This document shows, in pieces, positions 19,777 through 31,024 of a DNA stretch of 64,000 nt. The translations under genes and the position numbers were made by a program. Source of the stretch: a virus (Duplodnaviria > Heunggongvirae > Uroviricota > Caudoviricetes); IMG/VR virus record IMGVR_UViG_3300044797_000163, positions 18,398-82,397 of that record. One strand, given 5' to 3'. Position 1 is the first letter of the stretch, and each line of letters begins with the position of its first letter. Under the pieces are notes generated by a model. It saw only the letters and a program-made list of their open reading frames with translations, had not been told where the DNA came from and did not search any database.

Positions 19777-20835
19777 ATGGCCAGTACGATCACGTTGCAG
19801 CAGATCATCAAGAGCACCAGGGCTTATGCGGAGTTGAATCCCCAGCTACCTCCCGGTGGCTGGACGCAGGAGCCTGCCCTCACGATCGCAAACGACGTGA
19901 TGCAGAAGATTCTCGCGCAGCCAATGGACTGGAAGTGGAACCGGGCCTACGTACCGGCGATCCTTACCGTTGGGTTGCAGGAAGACTACGTAACTCAGGT
20001 TACTAACATGGGCTGGCTCGAAAGCGCCGACCGCATCGATATCAATAACTCAACTAACAACGGCAACCTCGCTCCGAAGCCGGTGTTCTCGATGGAGTCG
20101 GTTCGCGACTTAGGCCGCACGTCCTTTCAGGGCTATCCCTTCAATTGTTCCTTTGTTCCTAACTCGCTGGCATATCTCGGCCAGTGGTATGCGAATACTG
20201 TTTACGGTTGCGCCTACGGCGTTGCTCAGATTCCGATCACACCCATCCAGCAATTCATGGATGCGAATGGAAACATCCTTTATATAGACAGTTCCGTCCT
20301 GGGCTTGAACATCAACAGCCCCGGCTTCACCGGCACGCCGATCCTCTTACCAACACCGAATCCTTACGGCACCTCCGGGAATGTGCAACCAGTGCTACCG
20401 GCGAACTCTGCTCCAGGGACAACCGTCCCTGATGGCAGCGTGACCTGGACCGTCGCCAATCCAAACGGCTATGCGATTCGGGTTGTTCCTCTGCCCGCGC
20501 TCTCAAGTTTGGCCTGGTTGATGGAGCCGATCTACCAAGTGAAGCCCCCTATTATCACCTCACTGCAGCAAACCCTGGCGCCGATCCCTGATGAGTTTTG
20601 CTACCTCTTCCGCCAAGGCTTCAAGACCATGTGCTTTGAGCACGCTGGCTCAAAGATGTTCATGGAATCGTTCCAGCGCTGGGAAGAAGATCTTCGAGTG
20701 GCTGTCCGGTCTGCGGACAGAGAGCGCGAAGACGCCACGATGTATCCCTCCGAAAGTCTCATGGGTGGTGGCCCGGCCAGAACCGGCATGCCAATCGGAC
20801 CCGCATGGCCGTATGAATATTCCGGAGGCTTCTAA
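19777..20835 (+). CDS. Virion protein, paralog of the 18527-19255 product
   Basis: 352 aa. Conserved N-terminal block shared with the paralog. Confidence 0.45.
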   Translation: MASTITLQQIIKSTRAYAELNPQLPPGGWTQEPALTIANDVMQKILAQPMDWKWNRAYVPAILTVGLQEDYVTQVTNMGWLESADRIDINNSTNNGNLAPKPVFSMESVRDLGRTSFQGYPFNCSFVPNSLAYLGQWYANTVYGCAYGVAQIPITPIQQFMDANGNILYIDSSVLGLNINSPGFTGTPILLPTPNPYGTSGNVQPVLPANSAPGTTVPDGSVTWTVANPNGYAIRVVPLPALSSLAWLMEPIYQVKPPIITSLQQTLAPIPDEFCYLFRQGFKTMCFEHAGSKMFMESFQRWEEDLRVAVRSADREREDATMYPSESLMGGGPARTGMPIGPAWPYEYSGGF

Positions 20836-21071
20836 TGCCGTCAATCGCTCAGTCTGTACAGGCGGCACAGAGCCTCGATCACAACCGCTTTGAGCCCGTG
20901 GAGCCCACCCCACGGGTCAACCCTCCCATGCCCACGCCCACTCCGGTGGCCTCGGTGCGCGACATGTTCTTGCGTTGCCCGCTCCCTCCCATCACTTCCA
21001 ATCCTGACTCCCTGCGCCAGTTCTATAGAGGAACGATTCCTCAGACCCGCATCCTGCCAATGGCTCAATAA
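20835..21071 (+). CDS. Small Pro-rich hypothetical protein
   Basis: 78 aa. Its start overlaps the upstream stop. Confidence 0.3.
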   Translation: MPSIAQSVQAAQSLDHNRFEPVEPTPRVNPPMPTPTPVASVRDMFLRCPLPPITSNPDSLRQFYRGTIPQTRILPMAQ

Positions 21072-23858
21072 ATGACAAGCCCGATTCAACAAGCGGGCGG
21101 TCAGATGTCTCGACCGCCGAAGTACGTGCCCATCTTCACGAATCGATGGTTCACCGGTCTGTGGACACAGCGTAGTCCGCTGCGTGATGCGGCCACCGAA
21201 TATTTGTATGAGAAGTTCTACTCAGGCTCGCGATTTGATTCACTCATCGGTGGATCGAACATGGAGTTATCCAACAAACTAACTCTGCAGCGACGACCAG
21301 GTTGTTCCGTCTATAACTCGGCAACGTTCCCGGCGATTGATAGCTTCTATCCTTTTAAGACCTTCAGCGCGGGTAATCCTGAAGAAATCACGGTCATGGC
21401 TGATACTGCGTCGGTTGTCTATGACGCAACCGGACCATCCACTAAAATCGCAATATTCGACAAAGCTGCCAGTGCTGGGGAAGCTTACCTGCAAGGTGTG
21501 GGCAACACCCTGTACATGGGAGATGGTGTCGATACTAAACAGTGGCTGAACCCGCCGCTATGGACGGCAAGCACCCAAGTGTCTGTGGGTCAGCTAGTAC
21601 AGGACACCAGTGTAGATAATCATCTTCAATATCTGCATGCAGTGCAAGTAGGACACATCACCAGTGTCACTGTCGCGTGTAACGTTGCCACACTAACGTT
21701 TAACAGCACGAACTTTCAGGTGAGTCAAGGCACTAGCTTTACTCCGGCTGGCTTATCAGGTGCATCGTTTCTCAACGGCAATAAATATATCGCCTTGAGC
21801 GTGGTGCCATCCAGTGGTAGCTATCTCGTCAATGTTACCTGTGTTAATAATGCCTACGGTCCCAACAGCGACTCGGGTACTGCAACATCGACAGATATAG
21901 GACTCATCGGCACGACCAGCGGTAGCGCTCCGTCCTGGAACACCGGCACTCACGCCCTCACCACTGACGGCCTCCTCACTTGGGAGTGCTTCGAAGGCAC
22001 GGGCACAAACCAACAAGTATTTCAGTGGGGCGAGTATGGTGCGCCAGTACCTCCAGCAATCAGCCCCATTACCGCTTACCTCAGCTCACTGAGCGTATGG
22101 CAACCGCTGACTGCCTATAGTGCTGGTGTTATCGTTCTCGATCAATTGGGTAACGCGCAATACTGTTGCACTACTGCCCTGTCGGGCGCAACCTATCCAA
22201 CCTTCAAGACCAGCTTCGACAGCGGTGGCATCGCTTCTTTCGTTCAAGACGGCGGCGTGACGTGGTTGTATGCCGGTACCCCTGCCAACGGTTGGATAGC
22301 GAGCTTTCCGCTCCCAGCGTCTGGAACCAGTCTCGGCGGCTATGTCATTACCGACTCGAACGGCAACATACAAATAGGAGGCCCGACCGGTACAACGGGC
22401 GCCACCGTTCCAGTATGGAATACAACATATCTCGGCACTACAAGCGACTCCGGCGTGACATGGACAAACTACGGCCCCGGCCCCGCCCTTGCATTCCAGG
22501 GCTGGCAGTACGGTTGGTCTTTCCACTGCATTGATGGCTCGGTGACCACAATGTCTCCGCTCAGCCAGTCCACGCACGGTGTCATCGGTGGAGTTACAGT
22601 AACCGGTACGGGTCTGGCCGTCAACAACGGCTACAACGATTTCCAGATCGACTCGATCTGGCTTTTCCGCACGACAGACGGCGGATCGATTCCCTTTTTC
22701 CTCACCAGCATTCCGTTCGTCGCAGCTCAAACGTTTACCTATATTGATAACAATCCTGACTTCTTGCTCAACGAGTTCATTCAAGGACCGCAGGATTCAT
22801 CGAACAATCCCCCGCCCGCTGGCTTAATCAACATCACTTACTATCTGGAAAGGATGTGGGGGAGTGTACAGAACGTTATCTATTATTCCGGTGGACCTGA
22901 CACAATCACAGGTAACGGCCTCACTTCCTTCCCGCCTGAGAATAACTTTGTGTGGCCCTCGCTTGTCACCAAACTGGTGCCAAGCAGCCAGGGAATGATC
23001 GTTCTTAGTAACTCGAATCTCGGCACGATCTCCGGTAACGGAACCGCAAGCAATCCATTCTTCCCGCCACCGTTCCTGTCTAATATCGGACTGTCGAGTT
23101 ACAACGCCCTCGATGTAAACGGTAGCGTGCTGTATCTCATGAGCGCCGATGGTCATGTGCTGGAGTTAGATCCCAATTCCGGCGTATCAGAAATTGGCTT
23201 CCCAATCGGTGACCAGTTCGACACCACCTACAACCCAGCGAGTGCTTATCTCGCGTGGCATGTTGCGGGCTCGCAAGACAAAGCGCTATACGTGTCTAAC
23301 GGCAGCACCGGATGGTACCGAATGAATCCGACGCCCGCTCCGGAAACAACATCTGGCGGCGTGTTGTGGAGTCCATTTGCGACCATCACAGGCGGCGTCC
23401 AAGCCGTGCAGTCCCTTGAAACGACACCCGGCGTTCGAACCCTTCTGCTCGGCCCAACCAGCAGCGGTCCCATTCTCAAACGAGACCTGACAACATTCCA
23501 GGATAACGGCACTCCGTACACCTGCAATGCTGTCATCGGTAGCATCGTCCTCGCACAAGCGGGCGAACTGTCCGAGGTTTCCTTTTTCATGACCGAGTGT
23601 ATGCCGGTAGGAAGTCACCCAACAATCAGCGTACTCCTGGATGAGATCAGCGGTACTTTTGAAGCTCTCCCCACCAGCACTGTAGCCTCCGTGTTACCCG
23701 CCAGCACAACGCTTTATACCGACTGGTTCTATCTTACTCAGGGATTGGAACCAGCTCTATGTCGTCACTTACAGTTAGAGATAGCCTTCCCTGCGGAGAA
23801 CTTCAAGGCCGAGGTATTGACTTATACCATTTACGGACGCCATTTTAGCGAGAGGTAA
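21072..23858 (+). CDS. Large virion structural protein (tail or fibre candidate)
   Basis: 928 aa, Thr/Ser/Gly-rich, in the late operon. Confidence 0.5.
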   Translation: MTSPIQQAGGQMSRPPKYVPIFTNRWFTGLWTQRSPLRDAATEYLYEKFYSGSRFDSLIGGSNMELSNKLTLQRRPGCSVYNSATFPAIDSFYPFKTFSAGNPEEITVMADTASVVYDATGPSTKIAIFDKAASAGEAYLQGVGNTLYMGDGVDTKQWLNPPLWTASTQVSVGQLVQDTSVDNHLQYLHAVQVGHITSVTVACNVATLTFNSTNFQVSQGTSFTPAGLSGASFLNGNKYIALSVVPSSGSYLVNVTCVNNAYGPNSDSGTATSTDIGLIGTTSGSAPSWNTGTHALTTDGLLTWECFEGTGTNQQVFQWGEYGAPVPPAISPITAYLSSLSVWQPLTAYSAGVIVLDQLGNAQYCCTTALSGATYPTFKTSFDSGGIASFVQDGGVTWLYAGTPANGWIASFPLPASGTSLGGYVITDSNGNIQIGGPTGTTGATVPVWNTTYLGTTSDSGVTWTNYGPGPALAFQGWQYGWSFHCIDGSVTTMSPLSQSTHGVIGGVTVTGTGLAVNNGYNDFQIDSIWLFRTTDGGSIPFFLTSIPFVAAQTFTYIDNNPDFLLNEFIQGPQDSSNNPPPAGLINITYYLERMWGSVQNVIYYSGGPDTITGNGLTSFPPENNFVWPSLVTKLVPSSQGMIVLSNSNLGTISGNGTASNPFFPPPFLSNIGLSSYNALDVNGSVLYLMSADGHVLELDPNSGVSEIGFPIGDQFDTTYNPASAYLAWHVAGSQDKALYVSNGSTGWYRMNPTPAPETTSGGVLWSPFATITGGVQAVQSLETTPGVRTLLLGPTSSGPILKRDLTTFQDNGTPYTCNAVIGSIVLAQAGELSEVSFFMTECMPVGSHPTISVLLDEISGTFEALPTSTVASVLPASTTLYTDWFYLTQGLEPALCRHLQLEIAFPAENFKAEVLTYTIYGRHFSER

Positions 23859-23859
23859 T

Positions 23860-24150
23860 ATGCCAGAACGTATTGATTACATTCTTGATGAAGTACGCGA
23901 TATGCGTAGGGAAGTAACCGAGGGCTTCAAAGAACAAGTACAGCGCCTTACCCATATTGAAACACAGTTAGAGCCGTTGTTCGATAACGGTCAACCGGGT
24001 GTGATCACGTTGCTAAAACAAGATGTTCAATCACTGAAGGATAGTCACAACCGACAGCTCGGTTGGTTGGCGGGCATAAATGTCCTCTTCGTGATCTGCT
24101 GGCACTTTGCCGCTTCCAAAATCCCCTTCCTAGTACCTTTCATTCGATAG
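23860..24150 (+). CDS. Small protein with a C-terminal transmembrane helix
   Basis: 96 aa. C-terminus WLAGINVLFVICWHFAA. Confidence 0.35.
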   Translation: MPERIDYILDEVRDMRREVTEGFKEQVQRLTHIETQLEPLFDNGQPGVITLLKQDVQSLKDSHNRQLGWLAGINVLFVICWHFAASKIPFLVPFIR

Positions 24151-24151
24151 T

Positions 24152-24548
24152 GATCACATTCCGTAACCTAACCCACTCGGATCGCGCTCTATTAGAGCAA
24201 GCATGCGCAGCCGATTTGTGGCACCGAGATTGGATCAAGACCTGGTTTTTCTTTGTACCTCAATGCATGACGATTCTCGGATCGGACGAGGCAGGCCCAA
24301 TCCTTTTCCTGCGCATGCAGCCCAAGGGCGAAGCCGTTTACATCTTTGCTCAGTTTGTATGCCGCGACCAGGCCCGTAGCGCTCGCGCAATGCTCGAAGG
24401 CTTTGAGATTGTGAAGGCTCGCATCCGGCTCGGTGGTTACAAGCGAATCGTAATGGACAGCATTTCTCCTTTGTTAGTGCGCTTCTGCCTGAAGAAACTC
24501 GGCTTCCAACCCTATCCAGAACCCAACAGTTATTCATACGAACTATAG
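24152..24548 (+). CDS. Possible GNAT-like acetyltransferase
   Basis: GTG start. The N-terminal beta-strand VITFRNLTHSDRALLEQ resembles a GNAT start. Confidence 0.25.
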
Positions 24549-24549
24549 G

Positions 24550-25284
24550 ATGCTCATGATCAAGCCACAGTTAGTAACTACACGGGCGGTATACGATTTC
24601 ACCGGAGAGTTGGTGGAGCTGCGGGCGTTTCTGTACGCAGGCCCAGTGGCCTTGTGTGGTCCGAGTGGCCAGCAGCAAGCGATCGCCGCACAGCAACAGC
24701 AGTTTTATAGCACGATGCAGCAAGACTACTCAACCATGTTTGCCGGTCAGCAAAACATTCTCACTAACTTGCAGAATTCCTGGAACCCAGTATTGCAGGC
24801 TGGAATCAATCAATACGGTTATAGTGCGCCAGAAACTGCGGCCCTGCAATCAACGGCCACGCAAGGTACGGCCACGCAATACGCCAATGCTTCGAGAGCC
24901 CTGAATGAGGGTATTGCTGCTAGAGGTGGTACATCTTTTATTCCTTCCGGCGCTAGTCAGCAGATGCAGCAATCTGTAGCGACCGCTGCGGCGAACCAGC
25001 AATCGAACGAACTACTTGGCATTCAGCAATCCGGTTACGCGCAAGGTCGCCAAGACTATCTCGCCGCCGCAGGCGCCCTTAGCGGCGTTGCGCAGTTACA
25101 GAACCCGCTAGGATACGCAGGCACAGCTAACCAAAGCGGAAGCTCCGCTTATCAATCTGCATATCAAAACCAGCAGATGCAGAACCAGATGTACAGCCAA
25201 ATCGGTGGAATGATTGGTGGCGCGGCCATGAACATTATGGCTCCCGGCCTTGGTACCGCCTTCAACAATGCGATCGGTTTATAA
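24550..25284 (+). CDS. Gln/Ala-rich protein
   Basis: 244 aa with QQQQ runs. Confidence 0.4.
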   Translation: MLMIKPQLVTTRAVYDFTGELVELRAFLYAGPVALCGPSGQQQAIAAQQQQFYSTMQQDYSTMFAGQQNILTNLQNSWNPVLQAGINQYGYSAPETAALQSTATQGTATQYANASRALNEGIAARGGTSFIPSGASQQMQQSVATAAANQQSNELLGIQQSGYAQGRQDYLAAAGALSGVAQLQNPLGYAGTANQSGSSAYQSAYQNQQMQNQMYSQIGGMIGGAAMNIMAPGLGTAFNNAIGL

Positions 25285-25482
25285 ATGAATAAAATAGAAG
25301 CCGGTCAGCGTTTTGGGCGTCTTACAATTAGAGAGCGTTTCGGTAGGCGTGGTTACAGCCTACGCAATTCAGTAGCGTGCTGCCATCAATGTAATAGTGC
25401 TAAATCAGACCATAGCTACGAATCATTCGTAGCGTGGATTAGCAGAGTACACGCTAATATCGAGAAACACAATGGTATCTAA
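25285..25482 (+). CDS. Small HNH endonuclease
   Basis: CCHQCNSAKSDH motif. 65 aa. Confidence 0.5.
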   Translation: MNKIEAGQRFGRLTIRERFGRRGYSLRNSVACCHQCNSAKSDHSYESFVAWISRVHANIEKHNGI

Positions 25483-25861
25483 ACTGGAAGCGTTGGTCGA
25501 TGCGATCTCCCGCGCAAATGGTGGAGCAGATCCAGAAAGCCAATGTTACAATCTACGCAATCCATTATTGATTCGATCCTTTGCTCGTCCGGGTAAGCAT
25601 GAAACGGATGAACAGGGAAGACGTGTGTTCAGTTCATATCTCAGCGGATATAAAGCGGGCCTATTCGATATCGAATTAAAGATCACGGGTAAGAGTAGAG
25701 CTGGACTTACCCCCGAGAGTACCGTAGCTCAATTGCTTGGCGTTTACGGCATCAAGGAACCAGGTGGGATCTCCACCGTGATCTCCTTTCTGCGCCGGGC
25801 CTTGAAAGATGTGGAGATTAAATCTGCCACACCTATTAGTTACTTTGTTGAGGCATCCTAA
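25472..25861 (+). CDS. Hypothetical protein
   Basis: 129 aa. Confidence 0.4.
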   Translation: MVSKLEALVDAISRANGGADPESQCYNLRNPLLIRSFARPGKHETDEQGRRVFSSYLSGYKAGLFDIELKITGKSRAGLTPESTVAQLLGVYGIKEPGGISTVISFLRRALKDVEIKSATPISYFVEAS

Positions 25862-27840
25862 TGGCAGACGGTACCGATCCTAGTACTCCAATCCAAAACG
25901 ATATCAACCAAGCGGTTGCAGTTGGAGGCGTGCCCCCAACTCCCCCGCCAAACATCATGCCGCCTACTGCCCCTCCTGCAGGAACACCGGGGCTGGCGCC
26001 GGATGCTGCACCGAATACGGCGAACCTTCCTGCAACCACAAGATCTGCTGGAACAGCCGCACCCCAGATAAACCCACAGCAAGTGCAGGAGATAGCGAAG
26101 CATGCCTCCATTGGTAAAATATATTCAACATTGGTGGGCCAGAAATCCCCCGGACAACTATGGCGCGGAATTTTAGCTGGAGCCCTCATGGGAGGAGCTA
26201 GTAGCGGCGGTGGGGAAGGTGGCTTCCTCGGAGGCATGAACCGAGGTGGGGCTGCGGTGATGCAGAACCAAAAAGCCCAGCAGCAACAGCAATTGGAAAA
26301 CCAACTGAAGATGCAGAAGGCGCAGGAGGACAAACAGCTTGCAGCCGACGATCATCTCTATCACCAAGCTGCGACCGCAAAGGCAAACGCCGAAACAGCG
26401 GAGGCCGCACACCGTCTAGATAAGCAGACAGCAGATGAATTGGCCGCGACGAAAGCTCAACAGTCAGCACAACTCAACCTCTTGAGTCAGACGCCAGGCG
26501 CCCAGCAAGTCAAGTTCACGACCGCTGACGGACCGCAGGATTATACAACCATCAAAGATTTCATGCAGCAAGCAACACAGAATCCTTCCATCCTTCATCC
26601 CACCGATACAAAGAATTACGAACGTCACTTTGTCGTGATCCCGACTTCTGGCGAAGACGTAGAGGCCAAGTTCAACGGCCAGCATTGGGAGAACGCTAAA
26701 ACTGGTGAACCTATAAGCGTCGGTCTTGATGCTCACATCGTCGGCTTCGATATTCAAACTAATCAATATAAGGTACCTGTTACGACCTCAGGAAAAGATC
26801 TACGCACCGCCTACCCAAGTTTGAAAGATCGATGGAAAGATAATCAGACCTATCAAGTCAGCCAAGAGCAGAAGGATGCTTTTCAGTCCCAGAATTACAA
26901 AAACAAAAAAGATGAAGCTGATATAGCTGATAAGAACTCGCAAGCGGCAGAACGGTACTCCAATGCGAGAAAGAACGATGCTCAAACCAAAGCTATGGGT
27001 AAATTGGGTGTCCCTCTTTCTGAGAACTATGTGGCAGACCCCGACGCCTTCACAAAGAGTGAGGCCGATCTTCGCAAGACATTGGCGACTCAACAACAGA
27101 CTGTCCCTCAGTATTTCTCAACGGCCTACGCTATCGGTCACTACGATTCAGAAATAGGAAAGAACTTCAGTCCCCGACCTTATAACCGTCCGGGAATGCC
27201 GATCCAACCATCATCCGCTGAAGTGACAAGCTTCATTCGCCAATTCATCAACCCCACTTATGACGAAAATAAGTTTGGTGCGATGAAAGAGATGGAGAAA
27301 GAGTACGCTTCTTCTCGGCCTAACACTGCTGGTGGTAACGCTATAGCTTACAACACCGCGATCAACCATCTCGGCATGTTATATGACGCCTCGGTTGCTT
27401 TGAAAACTAACGACATCCAGAAGGTCAACCAAATCACTCAGTGGTTGAGTGAACAAACTGGCCACAATGTCAAACCGAACTTTGACGCAATCAAAGCTGC
27501 GCTCGTTGGTGAGATCGGCAAAACCTTCAAGGGGGGAGCGGTCGATATTCCAGAGGCGGAACGCATCGAGCAAACGATCGAAGCTTACGAATCGCCTGAC
27601 CAGCTTATCAATAGCGGTGTAATCGAAACCTATGCCAAATTGATGAAGTCTAAAGCTGATGTGTTGGATGATCATTACTACACCATCAAAGGCAGACATC
27701 CAGAGAACATAACTCAACCATCCTCTGTCGCAATCCTTAACAAATTGCAACCCAAATATGCAGAAGATCCTACAACCCACCAGAGATATGTTTCTCACCA
27801 AGGTGGGGCTCCGGGGAGTTGGGTAAAGGTGAACCAGTAA
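25861..27840 (+). CDS. Internal virion / ejection-like protein
   Basis: 659 aa. Gln/Ala/Lys-rich coiled-coil-like regions. Penultimate gene of the late operon. Confidence 0.4.
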   Translation: MADGTDPSTPIQNDINQAVAVGGVPPTPPPNIMPPTAPPAGTPGLAPDAAPNTANLPATTRSAGTAAPQINPQQVQEIAKHASIGKIYSTLVGQKSPGQLWRGILAGALMGGASSGGGEGGFLGGMNRGGAAVMQNQKAQQQQQLENQLKMQKAQEDKQLAADDHLYHQAATAKANAETAEAAHRLDKQTADELAATKAQQSAQLNLLSQTPGAQQVKFTTADGPQDYTTIKDFMQQATQNPSILHPTDTKNYERHFVVIPTSGEDVEAKFNGQHWENAKTGEPISVGLDAHIVGFDIQTNQYKVPVTTSGKDLRTAYPSLKDRWKDNQTYQVSQEQKDAFQSQNYKNKKDEADIADKNSQAAERYSNARKNDAQTKAMGKLGVPLSENYVADPDAFTKSEADLRKTLATQQQTVPQYFSTAYAIGHYDSEIGKNFSPRPYNRPGMPIQPSSAEVTSFIRQFINPTYDENKFGAMKEMEKEYASSRPNTAGGNAIAYNTAINHLGMLYDASVALKTNDIQKVNQITQWLSEQTGHNVKPNFDAIKAALVGEIGKTFKGGAVDIPEAERIEQTIEAYESPDQLINSGVIETYAKLMKSKADVLDDHYYTIKGRHPENITQPSSVAILNKLQPKYAEDPTTHQRYVSHQGGAPGSWVKVNQ

Positions 27841-27841
27841 A

Positions 27842-30037
27842 ATGGGTGATCTTCCTGCTGGCGCAGTCCTAATAGATAATACGAACCAAAGCACAGGCAC
27901 TTCTGGCGGGCAGGATCAGACCCAGCCCGGTCACCTTCCGCCTGGAGCGGTGATGATGGAGGGGGCGGCAAACACGCCCGCTCCCTCTCAACAACCACCA
28001 CAGTCGTCTAGGCCGTGGTGGAAAAGTGTCACTCCTGAATCTTACGTTGAAGATCATCCAGAAGGTATGCTTACCAGTGCGATTAAACTGGGCAAGCAAC
28101 TAGAAACAGTCAACCCTATAGATATGGCTATAGGCGGTACTAAAGCCGCTGGCGACACTCTGTTAGGCGCTGATAATCTCATACGTAAGGGCTTGCGATC
28201 AGTTACTTCCAACGAGCAGCAGAAGTGGCTTCGCGACCACATGTTGAACATCGATCCCGAAACGGAAGAGAACTGGGGTTTGAAGAAAGGCGACCTGGAA
28301 GCTAAAACTCCGGGAGAGTGGATCGGTAAAGGTGGCGAGAACGTGATGGAGTTCTTGCTAGGCGATGAGGCTCTCAAAGCTATGCCTGCTGCGAAACGAT
28401 TTGCATCGATGCAGTTAGTAGCTAAAACAATGGCCCAGCACCCACAGCTTGCAAAACTGGCGGATTACGGTCTAACTTTGTTACGCCAAGCTGGTGTCAG
28501 CAGTGGTCAGGGTTTGCTCAAAAATGGTGGAGACTTCGACCAAGCCTTAAAAGATTTCGAACACACTGCTGAAGTTGGCGGTCTTATTGGTTTGATCGGC
28601 GCTGGCGGACCTGTGTTGCGCAAAGTATTCTCTCAGGGAACCGAGGTAGCCAAGGCGGAAGCGGCGGCGGAAGCGGCGGCGGAAGCGGCTGGAAAAGAAG
28701 GCGGAAACTTATCCACGAAGCTTGGCAAGACGCCTGGCACTCAGACAGATATAGTGAGAAAGGTCCAGGAGCAGATCTCTGAGGCTACGGACGAGATGGA
28801 GCAATCCTATGCTTCAGGTATGGATGCGTTGCGAACTCCTGCGAAAGATATTCGAGTAGTGATCAAAGGCAGTAAATTGGAAAAAGCGGCACAAGATATA
28901 CAAGATGATCCGAGAATGCCTTCGGATTGGGCGAAGGCTCTAAACAGTGCCCTTCCTGAAACCGATCGCATAAAAGGAACGTTGGATCAGATCTTATCAC
29001 CCGGCAAGGATGCTAAGACACAACTTACGTGGGAAGAAACTGAAGCTATTCGCCAGAAACTGGGTCGGATAGTACGCGCACTACCCAACGGTCCAGGTAG
29101 TGGAGCTATGGGTGAGGTTCGCAGCCAATTTATAAAATTGCGCTACGCGCTTGATGATGCTGCTGTGCAAGCAGCGGAGGACGCCGGTAAGCCTGAGGTC
29201 GCGAAAGAAGCAAAAGCGATTCGTGATCAATACGCCACTACGTTGAAAAAAGTGGAGGATAGTTCGATCCAGTCGTTGAGCGACAAAGATCCCAACAGTG
29301 TGGCGAATATTTTACTAAATTCCCAATCTGTTCATAACGTGGACACGTTGAGAAGCTTGATCGGTCATGAGAATATGCCGAATGTTGAAGGCGCCATCTG
29401 GCAGCGAATGATGGATCGTGCCAACGCTGGAGGCTCATTCGACTATAAAAAATTACTCTCTCAGTGGAAAAGTCTCGAACCTGAAGTGAAAGAAGCTATC
29501 TGGGGAAGAGATATAGCTGGTGGTCAAAGTGGTCCACTACGAGCGAGTCGGTTGCCTCAAATTGAATCGTTCATTGAGAAAACTGTACAAGATATGGCTC
29601 AAGCAAGCGAGGAAGTAAGCAAAGCTCGCGTGATAGACAACGCTCGACTCGTATCCCAAAAAGGAGCGGGCGAGTTAGGGATGGTTGGAGCTGGGGTCAG
29701 CGCTACCGGTTACGGGGCTCATCTAATCTACAAACACTCACAGACAGGAGGAAAGGAAGGCAGCATAGAACAAGGCACTGCTTTCATCGCTCTTGGTATG
29801 GGATTGGGCGCGATGATGCACTTACCAGCTAGAATGCTCGCTGATCCCCTTATACGAAAGGCTGTGACCGAAGCGATGGATGCTGCCGGTGGGCCGAAAG
29901 CTCGCACTGCGGCTATGGCGGCTGCTTCTGTTATTCAGCACGCCGATCCGTCGATAAAAATAGAGAATGAAAACGAGGGCGGGGATCTACCTTCTGGAGC
30001 TGTTATTCAACCTCAGAGATCTCTTCAGCAGCCATAG
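27842..30037 (+). CDS. Internal virion / ejection-like protein
   Basis: 731 aa. AEAAAEAAAEAA repeat. Last gene before the terminators. Confidence 0.4.
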   Translation: MGDLPAGAVLIDNTNQSTGTSGGQDQTQPGHLPPGAVMMEGAANTPAPSQQPPQSSRPWWKSVTPESYVEDHPEGMLTSAIKLGKQLETVNPIDMAIGGTKAAGDTLLGADNLIRKGLRSVTSNEQQKWLRDHMLNIDPETEENWGLKKGDLEAKTPGEWIGKGGENVMEFLLGDEALKAMPAAKRFASMQLVAKTMAQHPQLAKLADYGLTLLRQAGVSSGQGLLKNGGDFDQALKDFEHTAEVGGLIGLIGAGGPVLRKVFSQGTEVAKAEAAAEAAAEAAGKEGGNLSTKLGKTPGTQTDIVRKVQEQISEATDEMEQSYASGMDALRTPAKDIRVVIKGSKLEKAAQDIQDDPRMPSDWAKALNSALPETDRIKGTLDQILSPGKDAKTQLTWEETEAIRQKLGRIVRALPNGPGSGAMGEVRSQFIKLRYALDDAAVQAAEDAGKPEVAKEAKAIRDQYATTLKKVEDSSIQSLSDKDPNSVANILLNSQSVHNVDTLRSLIGHENMPNVEGAIWQRMMDRANAGGSFDYKKLLSQWKSLEPEVKEAIWGRDIAGGQSGPLRASRLPQIESFIEKTVQDMAQASEEVSKARVIDNARLVSQKGAGELGMVGAGVSATGYGAHLIYKHSQTGGKEGSIEQGTAFIALGMGLGAMMHLPARMLADPLIRKAVTEAMDAAGGPKARTAAMAAASVIQHADPSIKIENENEGGDLPSGAVIQPQRSLQQP

Positions 30038-30210
30038 TTTAGCCCAAGCATCGATCGCTCTCGAAGCGAAGTATGTAACTACAAGCGCCAACGGCAACAA
30101 CCAACAGAGTTCCACGGATACAGGGCAGGCGAAGGCATAAGCAGCGAGCAGAAGCGTTCTCATTGTGATAACTCCTCGCTCAAAATTGGAGCATAAAAAC
30201 ATAACCCTGT

Positions 30211-30261
30211 CAAATAGAAAAAACCCCCGGAACGAAACATGCGAGGGAGCATGGCCGGGGG
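30211..30261 (-). terminator. Rho-independent terminator for the minus-strand operon
   Basis: CCCCCGG...CCGGGGG stem. The minus-strand transcript is followed by UUUUUUCUAUUUG. Confidence 0.65.
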
Positions 30262-30295
30262 CTTTCTGATACATGCAGGATTGAAATGTTACCAC

Positions 30296-30320
30296 AGCCA
30301 CCTTTATGGTGGCTTTTTTA
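30296..30320 (+). terminator. Rho-independent terminator
   Basis: AGCCACC-tttat-GGTGGCT stem followed by TTTTTTA. Confidence 0.7.
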
Positions 30321-30322
30321 TT

Positions 30323-31024
30323 TTACGGGAGCTGAAGCAAATTCACCCTCCGCAGATACTCAGTGATCCCACCACCCGCTGCATTGATGTCGAGCTGGAA
30401 CTGAATACCGCTGTCGTTATTCCAGCCTGGTGGAATCGGTCCAGCCGGTTGCGTCAGATTGAAGGTTGTGTACACGTAATCGATACCCAGCGTGTCGTAG
30501 TGCTCGCAGGGATAGCCGTTACACGACGTATCGCCCGGAACTCGATGCACGAACCACTCTATGTGGTGCCAGCCGGTTTTAAGGCGGCATGGCAACGGTG
30601 TGTCGTGCCAGGCTGGATTCAACTGATCCCAGATCTGCCAGTTACCGCCCGTAACGCATTGTGATCCGAACATGAATTCGTAGGGGGCACTGAACACGAA
30701 GGCGTCATACTCATAGGCTTGCACGGTTTGATTAGGGATGTAGGCATCGAATTCCGAGATGAAGTAATTAGCTGTGGTGGCTCCTACCTTCAAATAGAAG
30801 AGTGCATTCGTGTAAGCGGGGCCACCAACACCAATTTCAAGATCACCGACGAAGCCCTTTGCAGTTCCACGTTCGTTAGTGGTGCTGGTTGGGACACCTT
30901 CTCCACCTGGATTGCAGTTAGGCAGTACGCAGGTGGTGAAGGGTTTTGTTTCGAGGTTGGTATTGATCTGGCCGAAAAGTGAGATCGAGCAGAGGCACAG
31001 TAGGGTCGCCAGAAATGTTTTCAT
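30323..31024 (-). CDS. Secreted protein of unknown function
   Basis: Signal peptide MKTFLATLLCLCSISLFG|Q. 233 aa with a beta-rich Cys-containing mature domain. Confidence 0.5.
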   Translation of the reverse strand: MKTFLATLLCLCSISLFGQINTNLETKPFTTCVLPNCNPGGEGVPTSTTNERGTAKGFVGDLEIGVGGPAYTNALFYLKVGATTANYFISEFDAYIPNQTVQAYEYDAFVFSAPYEFMFGSQCVTGGNWQIWDQLNPAWHDTPLPCRLKTGWHHIEWFVHRVPGDTSCNGYPCEHYDTLGIDYVYTTFNLTQPAGPIPPGWNNDSGIQFQLDINAAGGGITEYLRRVNLLQLP